Below, piece by piece: positions 36,592-47,100 of a DNA stretch of 64,000 bases. A program made the position numbers and the translations under genes. The notes under the pieces were generated by a model. That model was not told where the DNA came from. It was given only the letters and a program-made list of their open reading frames with translations, and did no database searches. Source of the stretch: a virus (Duplodnaviria > Caudoviricetes); IMG/VR virus record IMGVR_UViG_3300008954_000001; one strand, written 5' to 3'. Every line of letters starts with the position of its first letter. Within the stretch, counting starts at the first letter, position 1.

Positions 36592-39500
36592 TTACTTCAC
36601 TCCCGCTACACGTATGCCGCACAAGCCTTGAAGATGTTGTGGGGGAGCGGTTGGCCCACCCATTTCAAAGTTCAGATATTTACCGCCACCTTGATACATG
36701 ATCACCTTCACCAAAATTACCGCCCCATTTAGACCCTCAAACAACTGCGCTGGGGGTCCGAGGTTGCACCTTACCGTGCATCTATTGATCCCCATCTTCG
36801 GCATCGGGGTCAGATCCTTTGTCTCTGGCCCGACAACCATACAACCAGCACCATCAGCAAAGGGGTCTTGCTTTGATGGGCCTTCACCATCTCTTCGCCC
36901 AATATCCATCCAAGAGGTCAAACCCGGAACCTTGATAAGAATCGCCAGTTCGGGGCTGCCCGGTTCTGGTGCCTCCCATTTGAACTGCTCAAGGTTCAGA
37001 CCACGAATTTCCAAATCTACTAAAGAAGCCCCGACCGCATCATGACCAAGACCGAAGGCCCGTACCCAACTCCGACCTATACTTATATGGTCAGCCATAT
37101 CCGCCGCCTCAATGCCGCTGTAATCACAAGCGGAATTTTGAGTCGGTAAGTAGTTCTTGGTGTAGTCGTGTTGGGGGTAGATCAAAATCCCGCTGGTTGG
37201 CGTAGGATCTGTCACACCAAACTTAATGAATGGGTTTCGATCTGGCCAACCTGCAACTTGAAGCTCAAGCCGTTGGGCCGCTTCAGTTAGGGGCACCGTA
37301 TGGGATTTGGATGTCAGCCAATGAATTGCGTCCCAAGCTGTACCGTGAACATCTTCAAGTCGAATAGGAACATGGAGGTTGGTAATTACGCCATGAGGGA
37401 GTCCTGGCCCACACAAAGTTTCAGTATCTTTTAGTCCTAACGGCAAGCTGCCATCAGGAGCTTTGAAATCGCTACGGTAGCGGTATGTTTCATCGAGAAA
37501 GAGTTCCTTAGGGTCTTTAGCCCCATGCCAAAGATCCTCATGGGTGGTGGGATCGGCAGGGGTGGAAAACCAGATGTCCGTTAGGTTGCTGTATCTTACG
37601 GGGTTGGGGCGATCCTTACTGTGATCTGACCCGTGCCAGAGCAAAGTGGCATCTTTAAGACCCTCACCGTAATTATAGATACGGATACCTAAATCAAAGA
37701 AATGGTCGTGATGGTTCATATGCCGACCATGATTAAGAGGGCGGCGAAAGAACGCTCGTAAAGAAGCATCTTGTGAAAACTTCGGGAGCGTGTCCCCATC
37801 AAAATACAGAGCGGGGTCGTCAATCTGTTCGAGCAACATTTGGGCTACCGTATCCTCAACGGGAACGGGAAAGGATGCGTTATCGGATAAGAGGTGTCCT
37901 GTACCGAAATGGATGCGACCTCTTCGGAAATTGATTTCTTGCTGAAACGCTTCGGCTGGCTCTCCTCCCCCTACCGTAGCAACAGTGGTATCCGCAGCGG
38001 GAGTGAACGCCGAAGTTCCCAAAAACGCAGGGAACATATTGCCCATGTATAAGGCATCCCCTGTGATAGCCGATTCGCCATACCCATCCTTACCGTCATG
38101 CGTCAGGAAAGAAGTCTCAAATAGGCCATATACGGGAGGTGTGGCATCGTGGTCTGGGGCCTTTAGAGTAACAACCAGCCCTTCAGCCCGTAAACCCGTC
38201 GTATAGTTTTGCTCATAGCCAGCAGACAGAGCGTACTCAATCCCGCTTACGGCCATCACCTCTCCGACCTCCCAAGAGACCTGCGCTATATCATGTTGTC
38301 CTTCCCCATCTACAATCGGAGGTACGGGGTGTTTACAGAACTCGCTGTCCTTATCTCCAAGGACATCCTCGTAAACATTGGATCGAAGCACATGGTAACA
38401 AGAGGAATGGACAGGATCGGTTGAAGCCCGAACCTTGTTCCACACAGATCCGAGATGGCTCCAATCAACCAGATTGGCACTATACATCTTGTCCTGCGTA
38501 GGCATTTCAAGATCCCGCACCATCTCCTCGAAGTAAGCCTCTTTCTTGAAGTGGATTAGGACATAGTGACCGCAATCTCGTGGGTCATATTCAAGGAGAG
38601 TGTCGTCAGGGAGAAGGAACTGGTGGCGGTAGCGAGCTACCTGATAGGTCCAGTAGTCTTTGGCAAAGGATCTAAAGTCCCCTGCGTGTTCAAGATCAGT
38701 ACCGGGATCGAGCGCAGCGATTGAGGGCTTCTCGTAAAACCGATAAAGCTCTTCGGGCGGAGTCCAAGGCAAGCCGTGGGGTTTGGTGTAATCAACTAAG
38801 TAAGGCAACCGATAACGGAAAAAGTTGCCCTTATGCCCACCACCACGAGCAATTTTAGAACCGCCAAGAATCGGGATGCCGTCAGGGATCAATTCGATGC
38901 CCGCATTAGGGTCTGTGCCAAGACGAACTTGACCAGCAGCCGGTGCTCCTTGGCTTCCGTCTCCATCAAAATCATAGAATTCGTTTGGAAGGTCGTTCCC
39001 GTGAAGATCCCTGCCCATATGGATCTCAAACAAGTTGTACTGACCTGTGGCCCGTCCGGGGAATGTAAAGGGGTCGTAGGAGTGGGGGGCGCAATCGCCT
39101 CCGTGCTCACCGAGCCAGAAAATACCACCCGGATACCCATCGCACTTATCAAGGATGCCTTGGCCAAGATTCAAAGCGGCCAAGACTCGAAGTTTGAAGT
39201 CTTCGGGGTGGTGAAGGTGTGCGAATTCCCCATTCGGCTCAAACCGAATCAGGGCAAGGGTTCCACGGTCGGCGGGGAACACAACTCCAGAAACGACAAC
39301 TTCCTTACCTCCCTCTGGCCCACTGGAAGGAATGATCTCGTGGGTCATGGAAAGGCGGTTGTTCTCGGAGTTTTCATCCTTTTCTCTAACAAAGGCTCCA
39401 GCGTGAGCCTTGCCAACACCGCCACCAAGATAGGAGCCGTCTTCTACATTGAAGATCGGGTCGGTGTAAGGGTCGTTGCCCTTGGGCAAGAACTCTGTCG

Positions 39501-39996
39501 CCCCTCTCGGAGATCGCCAGAAGTAAGGGTAGATTTCAAGGCCCGTATCGGGGTCAGGAATTGGATCTCCATCAGGCCCCGGAACTTGGTAGTCCAACCA
39601 ACACCAATCTCCAGAGAGAATGTGGTGGGATCGAAGGAACCAAGTGGCATCGTCGAGCTTTAGAATCCCCCAATCAGGGATACTTGTCGTTTGAAAATAA
39701 TGAAGGCTATGGCCCACAGTTGGGGGCCGGGGGGGTACGAGAGCAGCGAGTTCATCCAGCACACCCTCAACATTAGAGGCATCATAGATTTTGGGTACAT
39801 CATCGACTGAAACTGAAGATGCTGGATGAGCATCATGCTCATCGATAATATGCTGCACCATGCCAGCACCCGCACCACCAGCGGCGGGAGCACCTGGTTC
39901 ACCAGATCCCGGAATAAAGGCGTTAACCTCAACGCTGTCGGAGGCGGCCAATCCGTGTCCGACCTTAATCGTTGCTGGGTCTATCTTTCGTGGCAT
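36592..39996 (-). CDS. Large virion structural protein (1134 aa), tail/baseplate-associated
   Basis: N-terminal HDAHPASSVS and NVEGVLDEL..PP.PP patterns typical of fibre-attachment regions; context in the structural block. Confidence 0.55.
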   Translation of the reverse strand: MPRKIDPATIKVGHGLAASDSVEVNAFIPGSGEPGAPAAGGAGAGMVQHIIDEHDAHPASSVSVDDVPKIYDASNVEGVLDELAALVPPRPPTVGHSLHYFQTTSIPDWGILKLDDATWFLRSHHILSGDWCWLDYQVPGPDGDPIPDPDTGLEIYPYFWRSPRGATEFLPKGNDPYTDPIFNVEDGSYLGGGVGKAHAGAFVREKDENSENNRLSMTHEIIPSSGPEGGKEVVVSGVVFPADRGTLALIRFEPNGEFAHLHHPEDFKLRVLAALNLGQGILDKCDGYPGGIFWLGEHGGDCAPHSYDPFTFPGRATGQYNLFEIHMGRDLHGNDLPNEFYDFDGDGSQGAPAAGQVRLGTDPNAGIELIPDGIPILGGSKIARGGGHKGNFFRYRLPYLVDYTKPHGLPWTPPEELYRFYEKPSIAALDPGTDLEHAGDFRSFAKDYWTYQVARYRHQFLLPDDTLLEYDPRDCGHYVLIHFKKEAYFEEMVRDLEMPTQDKMYSANLVDWSHLGSVWNKVRASTDPVHSSCYHVLRSNVYEDVLGDKDSEFCKHPVPPIVDGEGQHDIAQVSWEVGEVMAVSGIEYALSAGYEQNYTTGLRAEGLVVTLKAPDHDATPPVYGLFETSFLTHDGKDGYGESAITGDALYMGNMFPAFLGTSAFTPAADTTVATVGGGEPAEAFQQEINFRRGRIHFGTGHLLSDNASFPVPVEDTVAQMLLEQIDDPALYFDGDTLPKFSQDASLRAFFRRPLNHGRHMNHHDHFFDLGIRIYNYGEGLKDATLLWHGSDHSKDRPNPVRYSNLTDIWFSTPADPTTHEDLWHGAKDPKELFLDETYRYRSDFKAPDGSLPLGLKDTETLCGPGLPHGVITNLHVPIRLEDVHGTAWDAIHWLTSKSHTVPLTEAAQRLELQVAGWPDRNPFIKFGVTDPTPTSGILIYPQHDYTKNYLPTQNSACDYSGIEAADMADHISIGRSWVRAFGLGHDAVGASLVDLEIRGLNLEQFKWEAPEPGSPELAILIKVPGLTSWMDIGRRDGEGPSKQDPFADGAGCMVVGPETKDLTPMPKMGINRCTVRCNLGPPAQLFEGLNGAVILVKVIMYQGGGKYLNFEMGGPTAPPQHLQGLCGIRVAGVK

Positions 39997-39997
39997 C

Positions 39998-42900
39998 TTA
40001 ATCCCCCACCGTCATGAGCATGTCTTTGGTTCGGTAAACTGCCGCACAAGTTTGGGTGTCCGACTCACTAAAGCGAACAGTGTTGTCGTCGTCGCACTCA
40101 CCAAAGCGGCAAAAAACGATCATCAACAACTCTCCTTTTCGGAACAAACGGCAGTCTTGTAGCGACCTTGCCAAGACGGGGTAAAAAACTTTGTGCCTCA
40201 CAACCCCTGAATGGCTCTGTGAGAGCACGGTGGGGCGATAAGAAGCATCATCTGCAAAGGGATAGACGGCTCGGAACTCTTGATCCGCAAAGGGCGGATG
40301 TTCCAAGCTACCCAAGCTCAAGGGGGTAGTCTTATCCATTGGTACAAAAGGGTGTAGGGCTAATAGGCCCGTTGTGGCATCGAAATCATCAACCGAGGAG
40401 ACCGTTGAGGCACAGAAATGCCACTCGTGGGGGTGAGAATCACCCAATTCATCGCTGGTCACGGTTGGGATCTGATCTAAAGGAGCCACATAAGGGAACC
40501 CAAGTTCCAGTGACCCCATACCAATCTGACCCGTCCAAACCTCATTAGAAATCGCCATAACCTCTACTTCGAGGTTGGTCGGTAAGGGGCCAGCACCCCC
40601 CGCTTCAAGGTGGAAATCGCCCTCTTTTACACCACAAGTTTGAGGCGCATTGGTTCGATAGTAGATGCTGACTTGATAACCATTGTCCCCATCCCCCCAG
40701 TTTGAAATGGGGTCTTGGGAGTAATAAGTCACTTCACAAAGGGTCTGCTCGCCTACCAGCGCATCTCCCGACTTTAGTCGAACGATGCGGGAAGATGACC
40801 CAAACTCGGTTCCAGGGTCGCCCACACCGCCCACATGGGCCTCATAAACATCGTTGGTAATGGTGTCTTCAATCTCAACCACATAGTTCTTGTCTCCCCA
40901 TAATCTTCGGGGGGTCCGAACCATCTGACGAGTGTTAGATACAAGCGTGTCTTTAATGGGATCAAACGGCTCCGCTCCGGGGGCGCAATCCTCACCACAG
41001 TTTACAACCATCTCAACGGCAACCTCTCGGAAGCCTTCTCGGAACCTTGGAGCTAATGGCTTTTCCATCTCCAAAGGTTGTGTGGCTGGATTTGGGTTGT
41101 TTTCAATCAACTCTCCATACGGGTAAACCGTTTCGGATGTTGGGTTCACAAGACGGTCGGGAGTCTCGGTTAGGCCCACACCAAGCGGGTAACTGATCTC
41201 AACCTCTAAAAAGATTCGCCGTGGAGAACCGTTGTCCCCCACTACCCCATCCCCAACAATCGGGTATTCGGCAACATCAAGGCCCCCCGTTGCTTGAGAA
41301 TGGTTAGCGTCTAAAGACACTGTTACATGGTGGCTCCCAACGCCCGTGACCGTAGCGACTTGGGTAGATTGATCGATGGCTGTCTTGTAGTTTCCATCAT
41401 CATGCCAAATGCCTAAAACATCGGTGATTTCTGTGCCGGGGGGCATAGCGTCTGCCACAGTTTTGACATAGCCGTGCATCGTGGGGTCGGGTGACCAGTT
41501 TTCCAAAGTGGTCGCATCCAACTCTGTTAGGTCAAGATGAAGCTCATCGCCTTCATACCACTTTGTAGTTCCAACCATTTTGGTGACATATTTACCCGCA
41601 TTTACGGCTACATCATCGTCAGTAAAGAACTCTACAACCATCCGTTCAACGACAGGTTGTGTCCCAAACCTCCGTGCAACATGGTCAAATTCTCGGATGA
41701 ACTCACCAAACTCGGTGTCGCCAGAGTATAGGTTTGCCCCGGCACTATCCCAATCCCGACCGATCTCGTTGCATACAAGGTATTGGGTCGAAACATCGCC
41801 TGACTCCCCACCTAAAGTGTTTCGGGAGGTGGCATCGATAGCCCAAGTGAAGAACTGGCCGTCAAGTAAGTGTTGGATCTGTCTGCGAAGTTCGGCGGAT
41901 AAGTCTGCTCCCGTAGGGAGACTGTGCTTGCGAAGATCAAGGATGTCCCAATCTTCAATCACATCACAGAAGGCACCGTCTGGACGATCTGAATGTCCAG
42001 CGGGGATGCTGCCCATAATCGCATTTCCACCACCGCCACCACCGCCATAAACTAAACCAGCGTGGTTCCAAGGCAGTGCGCCGTTTGTGTTGTTCAAGGG
42101 GTCAAACCCTGTGCCAGAACCCTCTCCTCCCGACTCACCTATGTAAGCGTTGCTGCGACGAAATACGAAACAGATTGGAATTGCATATACGAAACCGTCT
42201 ACGGCTCCGAGGTCAAGAGCGGATTGTTCAGAGCCATCGCCCGCAATCCATAGCCCACTATCTTTACGTTGGTATGCAAGAGCACTGGAAGGAGTAGGCC
42301 CAACAGGGTCTACACTCTCACCGTCTGCTCGAAGGAAGCGGTAGTTGCTTACAGGGGCCGCCATAGCCCCCTGTGCCAGTACATCGGGTCCACTGAACCC
42401 GTCACACTCAGTCTTATGGTTGACCGCCTCTGTGGAGCCTGTGGCTCGAATGCGGTATTGAACTTGAACTCGTTGGGTGGACTCTGCTGCAACCGCAAGG
42501 TCTCGAATATCATCGTCCAAGTGGACGGCTTCGGGAGACTGTGTGTTTCCGTGGCGGTAGAGCGTGTCCTGTGAAGGTTTGTTTGGAGTATCCATACCGC
42601 CCGAAAGCTGACATTTTCCAGCTACGGGAGGGGTGTGTGGTGTGATGGCGGCTGCGTTGACGGTGGTGAACTCGTAATAACAATCGTTACCCAAATCACC
42701 TGTGACAGTGGAACGGAGATAAACGATGTCGGCTGTACCTGAGGCGTTGAACCCTACGATGGGATCAATGGCATCTCGAAGGCTCGCCGCAACTTGATTG
42801 ACGTTCCAGGCTCCGCCCATTCCGTCATCTAACTGAAAATCAACCCCCGCTTCGAGGGTGGTAGAAGCTCCAACACTATCGGTGAGAGTGATTGTGTCAC

Positions 42901-43429
42901 CGTTCACAAGATTGTGGTTGCCGTCCACATCTATCGCATTGATCTGAATCCAACCTTGAGCACTTGGGCTGGAAGTCACTTGTGCTAACCAAACCTCCAA
43001 GAAAACGAAGTCTGTTCGTTTTACATCAGGGGGGGTGCCGCCAGGAACCGAAGCAGCTTCAAGTTGGATGCGGTTAAGGCTCTTTTCGATATCCGTGTAC
43101 TCAACCACAACAGGACGGCCAGCAACATTGGCGACCATCTTTTTCAAGGCAAAACAATCTTCCTTAAAGTCCTCATCTCCGGGCTTTAGAAAAAGGTAGT
43201 CCTCAAAAGAGTCATATGCGGTTTGTAAGCGTACAAAGCCTGAAGGGTGATGGACACTACGAAAGAGTCGTTCAGCGTAGGCTAAAACATCTGGGGAGAG
43301 GTTTAGCTCGCTATCCAGTACAGGTTTACCCGACTGGTACACAAGCGAATCGAAAGAGCGTTCACCCGGCGGCAAATCTCTTGATACGCTGGTTCCTGTC
43401 TGAGTAAATCTTTTATTGTGAATCGCCAT
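39998..43429 (-). CDS. Large virion structural protein (1143 aa); paralog of 16471-22179
   Basis: QSGKPVLDSELNL, DFVFLEVW, RVQVQYRIR, DGFVYAIPICFVFRRS and RPDG...DILDLR are collinear with the 1902-aa protein. Confidence 0.6.
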   Translation of the reverse strand: MAIHNKRFTQTGTSVSRDLPPGERSFDSLVYQSGKPVLDSELNLSPDVLAYAERLFRSVHHPSGFVRLQTAYDSFEDYLFLKPGDEDFKEDCFALKKMVANVAGRPVVVEYTDIEKSLNRIQLEAASVPGGTPPDVKRTDFVFLEVWLAQVTSSPSAQGWIQINAIDVDGNHNLVNGDTITLTDSVGASTTLEAGVDFQLDDGMGGAWNVNQVAASLRDAIDPIVGFNASGTADIVYLRSTVTGDLGNDCYYEFTTVNAAAITPHTPPVAGKCQLSGGMDTPNKPSQDTLYRHGNTQSPEAVHLDDDIRDLAVAAESTQRVQVQYRIRATGSTEAVNHKTECDGFSGPDVLAQGAMAAPVSNYRFLRADGESVDPVGPTPSSALAYQRKDSGLWIAGDGSEQSALDLGAVDGFVYAIPICFVFRRSNAYIGESGGEGSGTGFDPLNNTNGALPWNHAGLVYGGGGGGGNAIMGSIPAGHSDRPDGAFCDVIEDWDILDLRKHSLPTGADLSAELRRQIQHLLDGQFFTWAIDATSRNTLGGESGDVSTQYLVCNEIGRDWDSAGANLYSGDTEFGEFIREFDHVARRFGTQPVVERMVVEFFTDDDVAVNAGKYVTKMVGTTKWYEGDELHLDLTELDATTLENWSPDPTMHGYVKTVADAMPPGTEITDVLGIWHDDGNYKTAIDQSTQVATVTGVGSHHVTVSLDANHSQATGGLDVAEYPIVGDGVVGDNGSPRRIFLEVEISYPLGVGLTETPDRLVNPTSETVYPYGELIENNPNPATQPLEMEKPLAPRFREGFREVAVEMVVNCGEDCAPGAEPFDPIKDTLVSNTRQMVRTPRRLWGDKNYVVEIEDTITNDVYEAHVGGVGDPGTEFGSSSRIVRLKSGDALVGEQTLCEVTYYSQDPISNWGDGDNGYQVSIYYRTNAPQTCGVKEGDFHLEAGGAGPLPTNLEVEVMAISNEVWTGQIGMGSLELGFPYVAPLDQIPTVTSDELGDSHPHEWHFCASTVSSVDDFDATTGLLALHPFVPMDKTTPLSLGSLEHPPFADQEFRAVYPFADDASYRPTVLSQSHSGVVRHKVFYPVLARSLQDCRLFRKGELLMIVFCRFGECDDDNTVRFSESDTQTCAAVYRTKDMLMTVGD

Positions 43430-43443
43430 TCTCTGCCCCTACC

Positions 43444-44091
43444 TCAGAAGGTCAATCGCCACGTTATGGTCAAGATGGCCGTTGAAGGCTTCGAGATCAC
43501 AGGGAAGGTCAGATAGTTGACTAAAATATCCTTTTCCGTGAGGTCCACCGTTGGGTCATAATGAGGCCAATCAGCGTTTACGGGGTTTTTGATGGATGGG
43601 TCACTGGAAAACGGGGATATTAGCCCCATCTCGTTCAGTGGCCCTACCGCCTCCGCCTCTCCATAAGAAGTCGTAAAATCGACTACATTGGTTGGTACGG
43701 CACTCACACCGCCTTCCGTGTCCCTGTAAATCACGGAAGCAAACTGCTTTCGCCCGAAATCTAACTCTGAATTTAACTTACGCTGGTTGATGTGTGGGGC
43801 ATCGGGGTTCAACAAAGACCCTCTCGCACCTGATCCCACAGTCAACATATGAAGGCCACGAGCAACGCCGCCGAAGTTTTGAAACAACATGGCGGCAAGT
43901 ACGCCACCATCCTTTGTGATTACATTGTCACGTTCCCAAGAAACAAGGATCTCGCCCGTGAGAGCGTCCTTCATCTCCAAGATGAAGGTTCCCTTCCCGA
44001 TTGGAAAGTGGTCGGCGTGTTTTACGCTGGCTCCCAGTTTCATAGCTTGCCTCATCCGTTTCACATTTTCCCGATGTAGGGCCGAACTCAT
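43444..44091 (-). CDS. Tail-collar/baseplate-like structural protein (~215 aa)
   Basis: NVIT..GG...L.VG.G...P..QRKL.SE...RK...TNVVDFTT....EA.GPLNEMGL...F..I.K......ITW.L.F resembles the phage tail-collar fibre (DUF3751-like) pattern; SD AAGGAG. Confidence 0.5.
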   Translation of the reverse strand: MSSALHRENVKRMRQAMKLGASVKHADHFPIGKGTFILEMKDALTGEILVSWERDNVITKDGGVLAAMLFQNFGGVARGLHMLTVGSGARGSLLNPDAPHINQRKLNSELDFGRKQFASVIYRDTEGGVSAVPTNVVDFTTSYGEAEAVGPLNEMGLISPFSSDPSIKNPVNADWPHYDPTVDLTEKDILVNYLTFPVISKPSTAILTITWRLTF

Positions 44092-44129
44092 TTGTCTAAC
44101 TCCTTCGGGGTCTCTCTCTCCGTGTATTC

Positions 44130-44146
44130 AATAGGTCGATTACCGA
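44130..44146 (-). promoter_or_regulatory. Candidate late promoter TCGGT-N7-CTATT (preceded by CCGTTCTA)
   Basis: Intergenic, 39 nt upstream of 44091. Confidence 0.55.
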
Positions 44147-44166
44147 TAGAACGGCCTGTTGTTGAA

Positions 44167-47100
44167 TCAATCTTCCCAAACGCCACTCCCTTCATTGAAA
44201 GACCTCCTTATATGAGAGGGTTCGGGCAAGGATGCCCCACCGAATAGGACCATTCCAGACGGAAGAGAACCCCCATTCAACATTGATATAGGGGCTAAAG
44301 CCTCAATACCGCCCCACGGACCTAATCTCGAAAACCCTGCGCCAACCAGCATTTCATACTCAAGGCTGGAAATAATTGGTTGAGGGAAACTTTCTTCCGA
44401 AAAAGGTGGTGGAGATCCCGTCCCCGCATCCGTTCTTAGATCCCAAAAAGTACGAACACTTACTAAACTGGGTTTGCCTGTAGGTCGAGAGGGTGCTGAC
44501 GGCCATGTTACGGCTCCTTGCACCTCTCCCCCACCTAAAGTTCCTGACAGTGCGTCACCGCCCCCACCTAAAGTGAGGAAAGCTCCGGGAGCACCACCCC
44601 CTTGCTCAAAGGGGTATGCGGGAGGTGGAGCCGCAACCTCCACGAACATACGACCCTGAAGGTCGATTTCAGCCAAACCTTTAGCGGGGGCAATCCCGTC
44701 ATCCAATGTCGAGATCAGCCCTGTTTCGTTCCCGTCCTCAACCTGAAAGAAATCTACGGAGGAGTATGCTGACTCATGGGAAAATTCTACGAGAGTAGTT
44801 GGGTCTTGTGATGCAAAATCAGGATCTTCGGAGATCAAGTCGATGATCTCATCTTCTCTTGGGGCCTCCCCCGCAAGCGCCCTCTGGAGCTTCCCAAGCT
44901 GCGTTAGCAGATAAGGGGGCGTTCCTTCGTTGAGCTTTGTGATCCCATCCTTGAGAGGCTGGTTCAACAAATAGGTTTTCGTAATCGGCCTTCCAGGGGA
45001 AAACGCCACCTCTGCTGTGGATTGGTTAGGAAATTCAAGGTCTTGGATAGTAATAGTTTGAGCCGTCTGATCAAAAGTCCAACTGCTGTTAGCAAGCTGA
45101 TCCCCGTTCACGGCGACATGAAAAATCCGTTTCGCTCGGATATTGGCATCCCGAAGACGCAAAGTGTCTTTTCGGACCTTTACTCGAACATTCTCAACTG
45201 TGATATCTCCCGTGTACTCACCACTACTAAGGACATTCCAACGGTTAAGGATGGCCATTCGAGGAGGAACTCGGTCTTCATTCTCTTGGATGTACACTCG
45301 GTAACGAAAGTTGTCCCAAACAGAAGTCGCTAACGAACCAGAATTCTGCATCCCAAAGTGAATGGTGGAAATAGAGGTTCGTAAAATAGGAAGATGCTCC
45401 CACTCCACTGTGGCCCACGCTCCCGTGGGGTCATGTCGGCTTGTTCGCCCATCTCCCACATAGCCATCTGGTGGAGGCAGGTCGGGTCGCATCAAGGAGG
45501 CCCCCCAACCAGGATCAATCACCACCATCGTAGTGATTTCTTCATCCCACCCCATCTCAACAACATGGCCGTCTGAATCACGGGGCGTTTCCCAACTGCT
45601 CAAAAGTTCAGGGTCGCCACCCTTCCAGATACCAAGTGTGCGTTTCAAGTCGGGCGGGGGAAGCTCTCGGACATGGAATGAATAAAGATCCAAGTTCCAT
45701 TCGGGTGCTCCGAACCCAACTAAATACGCTCGAACATTCGTGGAGGAAGGGTCGAAGTCAGCAAGGTTAGCTTGAGCAACCTCAACCCCATCTACATAGA
45801 GAATCGCTTTCGGAACGAATGCTTGTGTGTCCACCACAACTTTGTAGTGGTGCTCTTGGCCGTCTAACCAATCAAACATGGCAAAAGCCAGATAGTTGAC
45901 CCCATCCGAAGTTAGGATCAGCTTTCCGTTGGCAAACAGCAGGGCAACGCTTCGATCCCCCACATCCATACCGAGTACGATGCCCGCATCATCAAGATCA
46001 TTGAAGGTGGCGTAATTGAACTTCAGCCGTGCTTCCAGCACACGAGCAGAAGTTACCCCCTCATATGGAAGTTCATTGACGAAAGAGCCTAAAACCCGTT
46101 CTGCTTTGGATAGGTTGATGCTGAGTCCTTCAAAAAGATACTCAAACTCCCCTTGTTCTTGCCATCCCTGATCTTCAAGAGATTGCCCGCCAATCAAAGA
46201 TGCGGAAGCGGCGATAAACATCTCAGGTTCAGCATCGGGTTCAATACTTGACCACAGGACGCTTTCTCCTGGCTCATACTCACCCCGATAAGGAATTGTA
46301 CAAACCATCACATCATGGTTTGGGCCAGTGATTCGGATGCCTGCGTCACCCCAAGAAGTCGGGCTTTCTACTTTGAATACAGAGGATACCTCCACGCCCG
46401 CCATCTCCGGGATCAAGGCATCCAACTTCTCAAACCCTGTCTTCTGTGGTCCGCCAATCGCCTGGAGACTCAGCCGATCATCTATCAAAGGCTCGGCCAG
46501 CCCATAGGCGGAAGTTGCTCTCCAAAGCGTTTGTTCCGTAGGAAGCTCGTGGAGCGTTAACGCTTCCAAGTGTCCAATAGAAGTAATGTTGTAGTCGTCT
46601 GGTACGGTTAGATAGCGAACGAAATCCCAACGGGAGTTCCCACCCGCAACCAGATTTCCGAAGAGTATCTCTCCCCGCCCATCCTGATCTGTCAAATCTA
46701 AGGGGGTAGTGCCTGCGCTGTACAGCACATGAGCATTGATGGAAGGAATGTCTACGGTGGCACTAAAAGATACGGCTCCCGTAAAAGCGACCCCAATAGG
46801 CTCGTTGTCTGCTCGGCCTACCAAATGAAAGTTGAATCGAGTCTCTTGCCACGGGATTTCAAAATAGACTTCAGCGAACCCGCCTCCCCATAACTTTACA
46901 TCAGCGGGGAAATCTGGGGTAACGGACAACCAGTAGTTGCCAGTGGAGAGTTTTTCAATTGCCGTGACGGTGTAGTGACCTGTTTGACTTCCATCGGGGA
47001 CAACAACTCGAAGCCCCACATAGAAGAGTTCGGGGAGATCGGCGGCTTGGATCTCCATGCGCCCACCACTTAGGAAGGTCGCTGTTGCCGTACACACAGG

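Noticed and set aside
38833-39663. 276-aa + strand ORF, and the many other 60-160-aa antisense or nested ORFs in the track
   Set aside because: They lie opposite or inside long, well-supported genes, lack RBS or motifs, and are expected shadows of codon bias.
42027-42047. Poly-Gly (GGGGGGG) tract in the 1143-aa protein as a phase-variable site
   Set aside because: It is encoded by mixed GGC/GGT/GGA codons rather than a homopolymer, so it is most likely a flexible linker.
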